Source of the DNA: a virus
Direction: 5' to 3' (one strand)
IMG/VR virus record: IMGVR_UViG_3300029875_000005
Coordinates: 1-64,000 of that record
Length of the DNA stretch: 64,000 bases
Of this stretch, positions 1 through 12,000 are shown piece by piece (position 1 is the first letter of the stretch; every line of letters begins with the position of its first letter). A program made the position numbers and the translations under genes. The notes below the pieces were generated by a model. The model was not told where the DNA came from, searched no databases, and saw only the letters and a program-made list of their open reading frames with translations.

Positions 1-5
1 ATGCT

Positions 6-3000
6 TTGAAGGATGCCGAGAAGATGAAGGTGGACTATACCGCCGAGCCTAACGACATCATGGAGCAGGAGGCTTTGAAGACTAAGACCGTTGAGGCTGC
101 CAAGCAGCAGCTAGAGCACGCTCAGAATATCAAGAAGACCATGACTGCCAAGAAGGTTGCGGAGACTGTGGGTAAGACAGAACAGACTGAGGGCGCACAT
201 GAGGCTGGCAGCGTGGCTGCACAGAAGTTTGTGAATGCACCTAGACTTGTGGGCAACAAGCGCACACGAATGCTGCCTGACGGAGAGACCAAGATTAAGG
301 GACACTATGAGATTGTTCCGGCTGAAAGTCTTACTCCTTCTCATGATGTGAATAACGACTATAAGAAATCTGAGGGATTCCCTACCGATGCTGAGGGCAG
401 AACCGTGAATGATCGTGACTATGAGCACGACAAGGCAGCTCAGCAGAATACGGACCAGATAGCCCGAAAGTATAACGGTATGGCTATCGAGCAGGTGCCA
501 GTGGTGTCTGACGAGGGCATCGTTTATGATGGTAACGGTAGAACGATGGCAGGACAGAAGGCTGCAAAGGAAGGCACGGACGCAGAATACATCAACGATC
601 TCTTGGAGAATGCCGAGAACTTCGGCTTTACCAAAGAGCAGATTGAGCAGAGCGGAATCGAGCATCCACGTCTTGTATTGGTGACGGATGAGAGACTGCC
701 TTACGATGCAGCTACCTTCGCTAAGTTCAACCGAAACGAGAAGAAGACTCAGAGTAATACGGAGCAGGCGGTTGCCAAGGCTAAGACCTTGACTTCTGAC
801 GAGGTAGGCGCGATTGTTGCCGAGATTGAGGGAAATGGTTCTCTTGATGCTTTCTTTAACAATTCCAAGGCAATAAATGACTTGGTAAAGACGTTAGTAG
901 ATAAAGGCATCATCGGACAGAACGAGGTAGCACAGATGATGGATAGTTCTGAGCGACTTTCTGCACAAGGCAGGGAGTATGTGAAGAACCTTCTTTTGGG
1001 TTCAATCTTCAAGCCAGAGACTATCAGAATGCTGGGCATCGACTCTACGGTGAAGAATAAGGCTATCAACGCTATCCGCTCGGTAATGGACAACATGAAG
1101 TTGGGCGAGTTCTCTCTTCGTGATGAGATAGACCAAGCTATCCAGTTACTCTATGAGGCAAGACAGGGCGGCAATAAGGTTGATACGCTGCTGAGAACAC
1201 CAGACATGTTCGGTGAGGATGCGGCTAAGCGTTACTCATCTATCTCTCAGATGATGGCTTTGGCCTTGGAGGGCAAGGTTTCTGATTTCAGAGATTTGCT
1301 TGACGAATACAACCGCATCGCTAAGGCTAGAAATACTGGCGAGGGCAATATGTTTGAGGAAGCTCCTACCAAGGAAGAGTTAATTAATGAGTATTTGAAC
1401 TTTAAAAAATGGCAAGATTATGGAACAGGACATTCAGAAATTGAAGGAGGCAATGATGTTTCAGGCAATGAAGAACCTCAACAAGAAGCATCAGGAGGAA
1501 ATGAACCAGCAGAAGCAGGAACAGAACCAGAACGACCAAGAGTAGAAGAACCAGACGACTTAGTAAACAAAGAACTTGAAAGTCGTATTAAGGTTACTGA
1601 TGAGGAAACCGAGACTCCATCAAAGAATGGTCCTATCACAAGGCAGAAGATTCTGATTGATGGCGACAAGGAGGTTATCAAGGTTGACGAGCCTAACGAC
1701 AAGGGCGAGTACACTGGTTCTTACTATGAGTATGATGGCAAGAAGTTTGGTGACCTGAATGAGGTTACTGAGTATATTGACAGCAAGAAGGAAGAAGGCC
1801 CTCTCCCACTTCTTCCTAAAGAAGAGAAGCCAGACCCTACTTTTGACCCGATTGCGGCGGCCGCCCAGGAATTCAAGAAGGAGCATCCTCTGACCGAGGA
1901 GGAGATCATGAAGGCTGACGTGGATGATTTATCCAAGGATATGGCTCTTGATTATCTTAATGGTGAGGTGACGGATGATTTGCATCGTGCTATCTATGAA
2001 AGTATCTTTGCCAAGACAAGGGGGCAGAAGACTGAACCAAAGGTTGAGACTCCTAAAACGGAACCATCTGCTGACCCTATGGAAGGAATCAAGAATGCAG
2101 CAGAAGGATTCGAGAAGGAGAAGAAATCAAAAACCAAAAAGAAGCCTCAGCAGAAGGCTGACGATGCAGCAGTAGCAGCTTCCAACAAGAAGGTTAATGA
2201 CCTTTGGGATATGCTCAAGAATGCCGGCAAGGATGAAATGTCTGCTTCGTTCATCGGTCTTAACTCTAGACAGCTGGAAGTATTGCCTAAGCTGGTGAGC
2301 GCCATGGCCGAGAATGCTTATCTGAGAATCAAGAGAGGTATGCACAATCTTGAAGACGTGGTGAAGGAAATGCGCAAGGAGTTTGCTCCTGCTGCCAAGC
2401 TCTTTAAGAAGGAAGACGTAGATGCCATCTATGAGCAGATGATGAATATCCGCTATCGTGATGGTGAGCAGCGCATGAGCTTGAAGGAATGGGCTGACTA
2501 CTACGAGAAGACTTCGCCTAAGCATCAGGAGAATCTGGTGGGTGATTCCAAGACTGCCGAGGATCGTAAGCTGGCTGAGAAGAAGTTTATTGATACCGTG
2601 AACCTGCAGTTGGCTTTCAAGCATAAGTTTAGCGGTATTGTTGAGCTGAGAAAGATGGCAGAGAGACTCGGCTTGAAGGATATTAAGGACACAGACCTTC
2701 AGGAGCTTGCTGAAACTGCCATTGTTAAGCGAGCAAGAGGTATCGCTTCTTCTGAATCAACAAACGATGCTGTGAAGTTTGAACGCATCAAGGCACTCTA
2801 TGAGAATCAGCCGAGCCTCAACCAGCGTGATTCTGAGCGAGTGATGAAGCAGCAGTACTCTACCCCTGCCCCTTATGCTTTCCTTGCGGATATGTATGTG
2901 AAGGGCAACGGCAAGGTGATTGAGAGTGCTCTGGAGCCAAGTGCCGGCAACGGTATGCTTACCATCGGCTTGCCAATGGATAAGGTGCATGTGAACGATA

Positions 3001-6000
3001 TTGATGCACAGCGATTGGCGAACCTGAGAAGACAGGGTTTCAAGAATGTGACCAGTCAGGACGGAACCCAGCCTTTTGCAGACAAGGACGTTGACGTGGT
3101 GGTAACAAATCCACCATTCGGTAGTGCTACCCCTAAGGAGTATGACGGCTATAAGATTTCTTCTTTGGAAGGACAGATGGCTATCAATGCCTTGGAGAGC
3201 ATGAAGGACGATGGCCGTGCTGCCATTATCATCGGCGGCAAGACGGAATACGCCAAGAACGGAAGTCTGAATCCGAAGGATAAGGCTTTTCTTGGTTATC
3301 TCTATAGCCACTATAATGTGGAGGACGTGATTAATGTGGATGGCGGTCTGTATGCAAAGCAGGGAACCAGCTATCCTACACGTATTATATTAATAAACGG
3401 AAGACGCTTGAACGAGAATGCCTTTCCACCAGTGAAGGATAAGGCTAGAGCGGAAGCCGTGAAAGATTATGACGAACTTTATAAACGAATTGAAGATGAT
3501 ATACTACGAGGTGAACGGATGGATTCTTCCATCGGAGGAGAAACAAGAAGTACTCAACCAGAACTTGATCAACAAGGCGCTACTGGTACTCCTAAAGAGA
3601 GAGTACGAACAGGAGAACGAGGAGGAAGCAAACCAGATGGTAAGCGAGAGTCTGACCTATTTGACTCCACTTCCGTATCAGGAACCCATGATGACTTGGA
3701 AAATCAACGAGGAACCGAGCCAAGACAAGATGGAGGACTTTCTGATGGAGATACAGGAACAGACAGAACAGGGGCAGAGCCTTCTCCAAGCAAAGAACCA
3801 ACCACTGGAACCAATGAGCAGCGAGGAAATGGATCAGGAGGAGCTGGACGGAATGACGCTCAGCCAAGTACTGATGAACCTGCCAACGCCGGGAGCGGAA
3901 GCGGACCACGGGGACAATTACAGCGGGTGGACAAATCCGTACGTGGACTAAGTACAGAGAAAGTTATCTATACCCCTAAGAGTGGAAATCCATTCACTCT
4001 GAAAGCCGTGATGCCTGCCGATCAGCAGGAGGCGGTAAACAAGAATCTCGAAAAGCTGGGTGATGCCGACCAGTTCCTTGTTGATGAACTGGGCTATAAT
4101 GATAAGGATGATTTGTATTCTCATCTTGCTGCAGAGCAGGTTGACTCTGTAGCCCTTGCCTTGCAGCAGGCAAAGAAGGGCAACGCCTTTATCATTGGAG
4201 ATATGACTGGTATCGGTAAGGGAAGACAGGCTGCTTCGCTTATCAGATACGCCAAGAAGCAGGGTCAGGTTCCTGTATATTTCACCAAGACAGCAGGATT
4301 GCTGAGTGATGTTTACCGTGACTTGGTGGATATTGGAAGCCCAGACCTAAGACCATTTGTATTCGGTAGTGCCAAGGAAGCTGCCATTACCGACTCAGAC
4401 GGAAATGTAGTATTCGCCTTGCCGTCGAAGAGCGAGGTGAAGCGAGTGCTTGACTACATAGAAAAGAACGGAAAACTGCCAGACGAATACGACTATGTAT
4501 TGACTACCTACAGCCAAGTAAGCAACGGAGTATACGAGTTTGACGAGAATGGTGCCCGAAAAGAGAAGAAACTTGCGAAGGGTAAGACTTTCGGCGCTGC
4601 TGCCCTGAGCGGACAAAGAAGACGTGATGCTATTGAAAAACTGATGGGTAACGCATACCTTATACTTGATGAAAGCCACACGGCTGGTGGCAATAGCGGT
4701 CAGGGCAACTATTTCCAACACATTATTCAGAAGGCAAAGAATGTTACCTTCTTCTCGGCTACCTTTGCCAAGAGACCAGACAACATGCCTATCTACGCTT
4801 TGCGTACTGCCATGAACGAGGGCGGTATGAAATCATCCGACTTGATTGATGCGGTAAAGCGTGGTGGTGCAACCTTGCAGGAGATTATGAGCCAGACCTT
4901 GACGCAATGCGGTCAGATGATTAGACGTGAGCGAGATATGACTGGCGTAACCATCGACTGGAAGGCGATTGATGATCCTGAGCGAGTGCAGGAGCAGCGA
5001 GAACAGTATGACAGTATCATCGGATTGTTTAATGATATTATCAATTTCCAAAAGAAATATGTTTCAAGTTACGTGGATGAGCGTAATGATGAGCTGGCTG
5101 CCATTCAGTCTACTATGGGAATCAAGAAGGGAACGGCTGCCCTGGGCATCAAGAATCAGCCATTTGCCAGCAAGGCGTTCAATACCGTTCAGCAGGTACT
5201 TCTCTCTCTGAAAGCGAAGTCTGCTGCAGAACGTGCAATCGACTATTTGAAGCAGGGTATGAAGCCTGTGATTGCGTTGAACAATACCAACGAATCGCAG
5301 ACTGGCAACCTTGCGCTTGGAGAGGAAATGGACGCACCAGACTTGGGCACATCTTTAAAGAAGGGTCTGGAGGGTACACTTCGCTATACTCAGAAGGACG
5401 CAAAGGATAATAGCGAAAGCGGCTACATCAAGCTTTCTGATTTGGGCGATGAGGCAGTTGAGGCTTATCACGAACTGGAGAAGAAGATTGAGCAGACAAG
5501 TACCGGTCTTTCACTCTCTCCTATTGATGTTATCAAGAACGAACTGCAGAAGGCAGGTTATAAGGTTGGCGAGCTGACCGGTAGACAGACCGAGTTTGTT
5601 TATAACGACAACGGAACTGTTACCAAGGTGAAGCGTGCTGATACAGACAAGAAGAAACTCGCGCGCGACTTTAACGATGGTAAGATTGATGCGCTTATCC
5701 TCAACAAGAGTGCAGCAACCGGTATTTCCCTTCATGCTTCGAGCAAGTATAAGGACCAGAAGAAGCGTGTGATGATCGTGGCGCAGCAGCAGCTTGACGT
5801 AAACGATGAGGTACAGATGCGTGGACGTATCGACCGAACTGGTCAGGTGGCTAGAGGTGCATACGAGTATGTGGTTTCCCTTATCCCTGCCGAGCAGCGA
5901 CTGCTGATGATGTTTAAGGCTAAGTTGAAATCTCTTGATGCTAATACTACATCTTCACAGAAGAGTAAGTTCAACGAAATGGAAGTTGCCGATATTACCA

Positions 6001-9000
6001 ATAAATATGGTGATAAGGTAGTTCGTGAGTATATGGCAGAGCATCTTGACCTTTATGCTCGCATGGCTGATCCATTCGGATGGGAAAAGAGTAATGGCGA
6101 TGATTTGTCTAGAATCGACCCACAGACTCTTGTTGCTAGCGGTGGCGGTGTTGGTGATGGCGAAGCTGGTGCCGATGCAAGCAAGTTGCTTGGGCGTATG
6201 GCTCTGCTGAGAGTTTCTGAACAGGAGAAGATGTTGCAGGAGATTGGCGAGCTTTATGCCAACGAGATTCAGCGACTCAACGAAATGGGCGAAAATGACC
6301 TTGAGATTACCGAGCTGCCTTTGAAGGCTAAGACTCTCCACAAGGAAGTTTGGAAGCAGGGCGCAGAGCCGGGCGGCGATAACGCCTTTGCTGACAACAC
6401 CTATATAGAAAAGGTGAACATGGCCATCTTGAAGAAGCCAATGAAGGCTTCTGAGGTGAAGGCTTCGCAGGATGGTTTGACTGGCGGCAAGACTTGGGAT
6501 GAATACAAGACCGATAAGAAGGCTGCCGTGAAGGAGTACTTCGACCAGAAGATTGCGGACGAGACTCAGAAGTATGAGGAGCGTGCCGTGAAGGCTGCAA
6601 CCAAGGCTAAGGAGAAGTATATCAAGGATGGCAAGAAGGGTCAGAAGGATTCGGGCATGAGCGATGAGCAGATTGAGAAGATGGCTGGCTATCAGTATGA
6701 CAACATCTACAAGCAGGAGAAAGATAAGCTGAACGATGTGATGAAGAACCTGAAAGCCAAGGCTGAAATGTTTGAGCGTGTGCTTGATACCTTCGATACA
6801 AACCAAACTTTCGCTCTGCCTACGGATATGAATAACCCTAATGAGTTGAGCGGATTCGGTAACAGTTACGGTAGACTTATTGACATCAAGATTACTGATA
6901 ACTACTCGCCTAACGCCTCTTCTGTTTCCTTCGCTACCTTGGATGGCAGAAGAAAGATTACTTTCCCTATTGCCGGCAAGGTGGGGTCTGGTGAAAACAA
7001 GGTGGATATTATCGGTTCTATCGACCGCATGACCAAGCAGGCTGCCGGTATGGGAGACAGCCATCTCAGAGTATTGAACCAAAACTTTGATAACTGGGAT
7101 AGACTGACTAGCAATGAGAGCCGCAAGACTGGCTATATTGTAACTGGTAATCTGATGCAGGCTTTGGTTGACAGCAAGGATCAGGGCTTGGGCGGTCAGT
7201 TGGTGAAATATACAACTGATACTGGCGAGGTGAAGACAGGTATCTTGATGCCGGACCGATTCGACCCTAAGGGCTTGACTACGGATGCACCTATCAATAG
7301 CGTAACTGATAAGTTTGAGCTTTCATCATGGCATGGTGGTATTGACGAGGTTACTTCATCGGATGGTGAAGTGAAGGTGAAGCGCATAGACAACAATCGT
7401 GGTAACTTCTACGAGCTTCGTGTACCGAAGAGCAAGGCGAAGGGCGGCAAGTACTTCATGGATGAAGATTTGCTGAAACTGGTTAATGGCAATAACTTCG
7501 AGACTAGAGGCAACAATATGCTTGCTGAGTTTAAGCCAGAGCAGTTGAAACCAGTACTTGACCGCCTGTCTAAGATGGGTGTGAAGGTGCAGGAGGAGCG
7601 CAAGACTTCTGAGGATGAAGGCACCCACTTCCGTGAGGACCGAGGCTTGCAGTATTCTAAAACAGATACAAAAGATGTTAAGAATAGTAGAATCATTCCC
7701 GAAGATGTAGATAAAAATGTATCTTCGCAGATTGAAAAGAAGTTTGATGATAGAGTTGACGAGTTGACTAAGGACTTGTCGAATGAGGATAAAGCCGAGT
7801 TTAACAGACATCTTGACTATTATACCTCAGAATTTTCTAGATACAAGGCTTCTGAAATTACTTACACTTTAAATGGACTAGAAGATGAAGTTAGATTCTG
7901 GGGACGAACTTTTGGAAACCGAGAGAAAGCAGGTAGAACGCATCTTGTGCAACTTAAAAGAGCTGAACTTGAAGCTGCCAAAACTGCCGCAAGGAGAGAA
8001 TTGGACTATCGAGAAGTTCGAGCCAAAGCTCTCGCAGATGGCTATGGATTGCGAAGAGGAGCTAAAGCCTCTTTTGCAGATATATCTAGACTCTTTGAGG
8101 CGACAAATCAAGCAAAAGAAGAAGGCACAAGAAGACTCTTTGAGAAGGCGCGCGATATAGCCAAGCGACTCGGAGTTGAGTTTGGTGGCATGGACGAGGG
8201 TGACGAGAGAGGCAATGTTGGTGAAGCTACACCAGAAAGAAACATTAATCTCTTTATTGATACTCTTTCTAGAACATACACAAACCCTAAAGAGGCGGCT
8301 CATACCATTCTGCATGAGTTAATTCATCAGGCTACTATGGGTGCCATCCACCTTGTAAAGGACGGAAAGGCAGAAGGTATGCTTACTCCTAAGCAGATTG
8401 AAGCTGTAAAGACTGTTATTGATATTTACAATAAGGCTAAGGCTGATGGTAGAATTGTTTGGGAGGAAGGAAAGAGACGTAACTATGGTGGTAAGGATGA
8501 GTATGAATTTGCTGCTGAAATGGCAGGTGGAAAGCAGAGAAAGATACTTGACCTTTCTTTAGGTGAGCGAATCATGAACGCAGTTAACGAATTGCGCAAC
8601 CGAGGCGATAACTCCTTGTGGCAAGCTGTAAAGAACGCTTGGCATAAACTCTTTGAGATTTCGGATAAAAGCAAGATGGATAAGGCTCTCAATGACATCA
8701 TGGATGATTTCAATGAAAAGATTGATGATATTGCCATGAATGACATTGAGGAAAACGGCTATGCCTACAGAGTTACCGACAAGGATGAACTGGACCGCCT
8801 CAACAAGGAGAAGACTTTCAGAATGTATAGCGGAATGCAGGAGGTGGATGGTAAGCTCTACTCCCCTATGGCTGCTATCATTGACGGAAAGCGTACTGAT
8901 GCTACGGAGATAGGTGCTTGGATGGGCGCAGACGAGAGACCGGACCTTGTGAAGAACGGAAAGTTTACCCTTGTGAAGACTGACAAGAATAAGGGTGTTG

Positions 9001-12000
9001 GCGAGGGTGATGTACCTGCTGCCTACAATCCTTATATGCACACTTCCACTTCTATGATGAACGATCAGTTTACCGGTGCTTACGCTAGAGGTAACATCAA
9101 AGTTATAGAATGGGAGATTCCAGAAAGCGAGAAGACTAGCGGCTATCATGCCGAGGGCGCTAAGGATGCTGTTGGTCTTGTGCCTTGGCATTCGGGTTCG
9201 GTTAATAGTTTGCTGCCAAAGGACAGACAGAGACAGGTGATGCTTTCACGCTGGAGAAAGGCGGTGAGAGTGGTTCCTGATTCTGAGGTGGCTGAGAGTA
9301 TCGCAGAGCAGTTGAAGGGCACTGGCTTGGCTATCCCTTGGAATGTGGTTACTCCTAATCAGGTTAGGGAGTTGGCTAAGCTGGGCGTACCTATCACTAC
9401 CGTTGAGTCTGGAAGACAGGCTCCTGAAACCAAGGAGAAGTTCTTGCAGCAGATGGCTGATTTGGAACAGGAGTTCCCTCAGGCTAAGTTCGTTAACGTG
9501 AAAATGACAAAGGATGCCTACAAGGAATGGGGCAAGGACGGTGGCACCAAGTTCCGCACGGACCACGGCGATGGCAACTACCCTACTTCATCTGTTGAGA
9601 GCCATATCGAAAAGGTGGTTCAGAAGACTGGTGCAAAGGTGAAGATGGTTTCATCGGTTGATGAGATCACCAACAAGGCGGCGAAGACTGCTATTGAGGA
9701 TGGCAGAAAGATTACCGGTTGGTATGATGAGAAGACTGGCGAGGTGCATCTTTATATGCCTAATATCCACGATAGATATACTGCCGAGAAGACTATCTGG
9801 CATGAGGTGGTTGGACACAAGGGAATGAGAGAGTTGTTTGGTGATGAACGATTCGATAAGTTCCTTCGTGAAGTATGGTATGACTTAGATAAGCCTGAGA
9901 ATGCGGCTTTGAAGAAGCTGGTGGATGAGGAGAGGAAGTTCAATCCTCTGAATATCTACGATGCCATTGAGGAAGGTATCGCCCGACTCGCCGAGGATGG
10001 CAAGGGTGAACCGGGCTTCTGGAATGGTATCAAAAACAAGGTATCTGATTTCCTTCATGAAATCGGTTATCGTATTGCTCCTAATACTAAAGATGTGAAG
10101 TATCTGCTCTGGTTGAGCAAGAACTTGCAGAAGAATCAGAATGACCCTTATTGGAAGATGAGAGCCGAGGCGGTGAAATACCGTCTCGACCATGAGCGTA
10201 TGCCTGCTGTCGTGGCGCATGATGGCATGTTCTACGGAAATGACGGAAAGGTTAGAAGTATGGATAATCTTACCAAGGCTGAGTGGAATGAGGTTACAGA
10301 TGGTGAGATTCACTTCCGCACTACCCCATCTGCCGGCACGGCACTTGACAGATACCACCGTTCGCTTGACGAACATGGCTATATGTTCACAGAGAGCTAT
10401 ATGGACAATATGCTTTCGTTGAAGAAGTTGATGAATGCGATTGTGCCAGACAAGAAGATTGAGGATATTGCCTCTTCGGAGAATCCTTATATACTGCAGA
10501 ACACCATGCAGGGCGCGATGAGTGATGCGGCTCAGATGTTTGAGCGCAACGTGATGAAGCCTCTGGATAAGGCGATGGCTGGTATGCTGGATGCCTTCGA
10601 CGGAAAGAAGGACGATGAGAAGATAAGAAACTTCAATCTCTACATGATTACCAAGCACGGCTTGGAGCGAAACCGTATCTTGTATGTGCGTGATGCCTTG
10701 AAGTATATGCGCATGAACGAGAAGACCAAAAAGCTAGCTGATACTGTGGAGTTCGATTGGAACAACGAGAAAGCTACCCTTGACGAGAAATTGGAGCGTG
10801 GAGACATCGACTTGAAGACTTATTATGAGCGCATGGACGATTTCATCCGTACCTACGTGGATAGTGACAATAAGTTTGATGCTGGCGAACATGACTATTC
10901 GGGTATTCACGCTATACAGGAAGTGGCTAAGTCTTCTGATCCTTACGATGATGCAGAGGCTATTCAGAGCGTGATGGATTCAGAAGCAAAGATGGAGAGT
11001 ATCAAGAAGGGTTCTGTTAAGGACTATTGGGATAAAGTGAAGGCTGCCACCCAGTATTCTATTGATACTGACTATAAGAATGGTCTTATCAGCAGAGAAC
11101 TTTACGGTCATGTATCTGATATGTTCAACTGGTATGTGCCTTTGAGAAAGTATGATGAGGCTACTGCAGAAGATACTTATGGCTATATTACTGAGCAGGG
11201 AGACCCGAAGAGTTACATCGGAAGCACGATCATGAGAGCGAGAGGACACAAGTACCTGAGCGAAACAAACGTACTGGCGCAGATTGGCGCGATGGGTAAC
11301 AGAGCTATCAAGAATGGCGGTATGAACGCTATCCGTCAGGCATTTGCAAGATTCGTAAGAAACAACTCGAACAATAATCTTGTGACGGAGACTAGGGTTT
11401 GGTACGCCGATGACCCTATCACTCACACCACCGTGGAGCGTTACCCAGACATTCCCGAGGACGCTACGGCTGATGAAATCAATCAGATAGTAGCAGACTT
11501 CAATATGGAAATGAAGGATTTGGAATCAAAGGGTTTGGCGACAAAGGTGTATCGAAGAGGAAGAATCGGCTATAAGTTCCAAAGAGCAGAGAATAAATCG
11601 CAGCATATCGTAGATGTGAAGATTGCCGGCAGAACCCATACCTTTATTATCAACGGAAATCCTAGAGCGGCGCAGGCTCTGAATGGATTGCTGGAGAACT
11701 CGGGCGCCAAGGGAATCATGAAACCATTGAGTTCTATCTCAAGAATGATGGCGCAGTTGTGTACATCATATAACCCTGAGTTCGTGATGCGAAACATCAT
11801 GCGTGATGCGGAGTTTGCATCTAGTAACGTGACTTCTAAGGAAGGTGCAAGATATGGTTCGCTCTGGGCGAAGTACTATGCTCAGTTGGGGTTGTATAAG
11901 GGTGCATCGAATATCAGCTTCAAGGATTTGAGCGGAACTACTGGCTTGGGCTTGTTTGCCAAGTATCGTAACGGAACACTTGATACTTCTGACAAGGTAC

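Noticed and set aside
5955-7082. A 375-aa - strand ORF, and many other antisense ORFs of 60-260 aa (for example 8559-9191, 9885-10658 and 11766-12461) inside the giant gene.
   Set aside because: They lie entirely antisense to a continuous 13.5 kb ORF with clear catalytic motifs. Their compositions are low-complexity or Leu/Ser/His-rich, and they lack promoter or start context. These are typical shadow ORFs.
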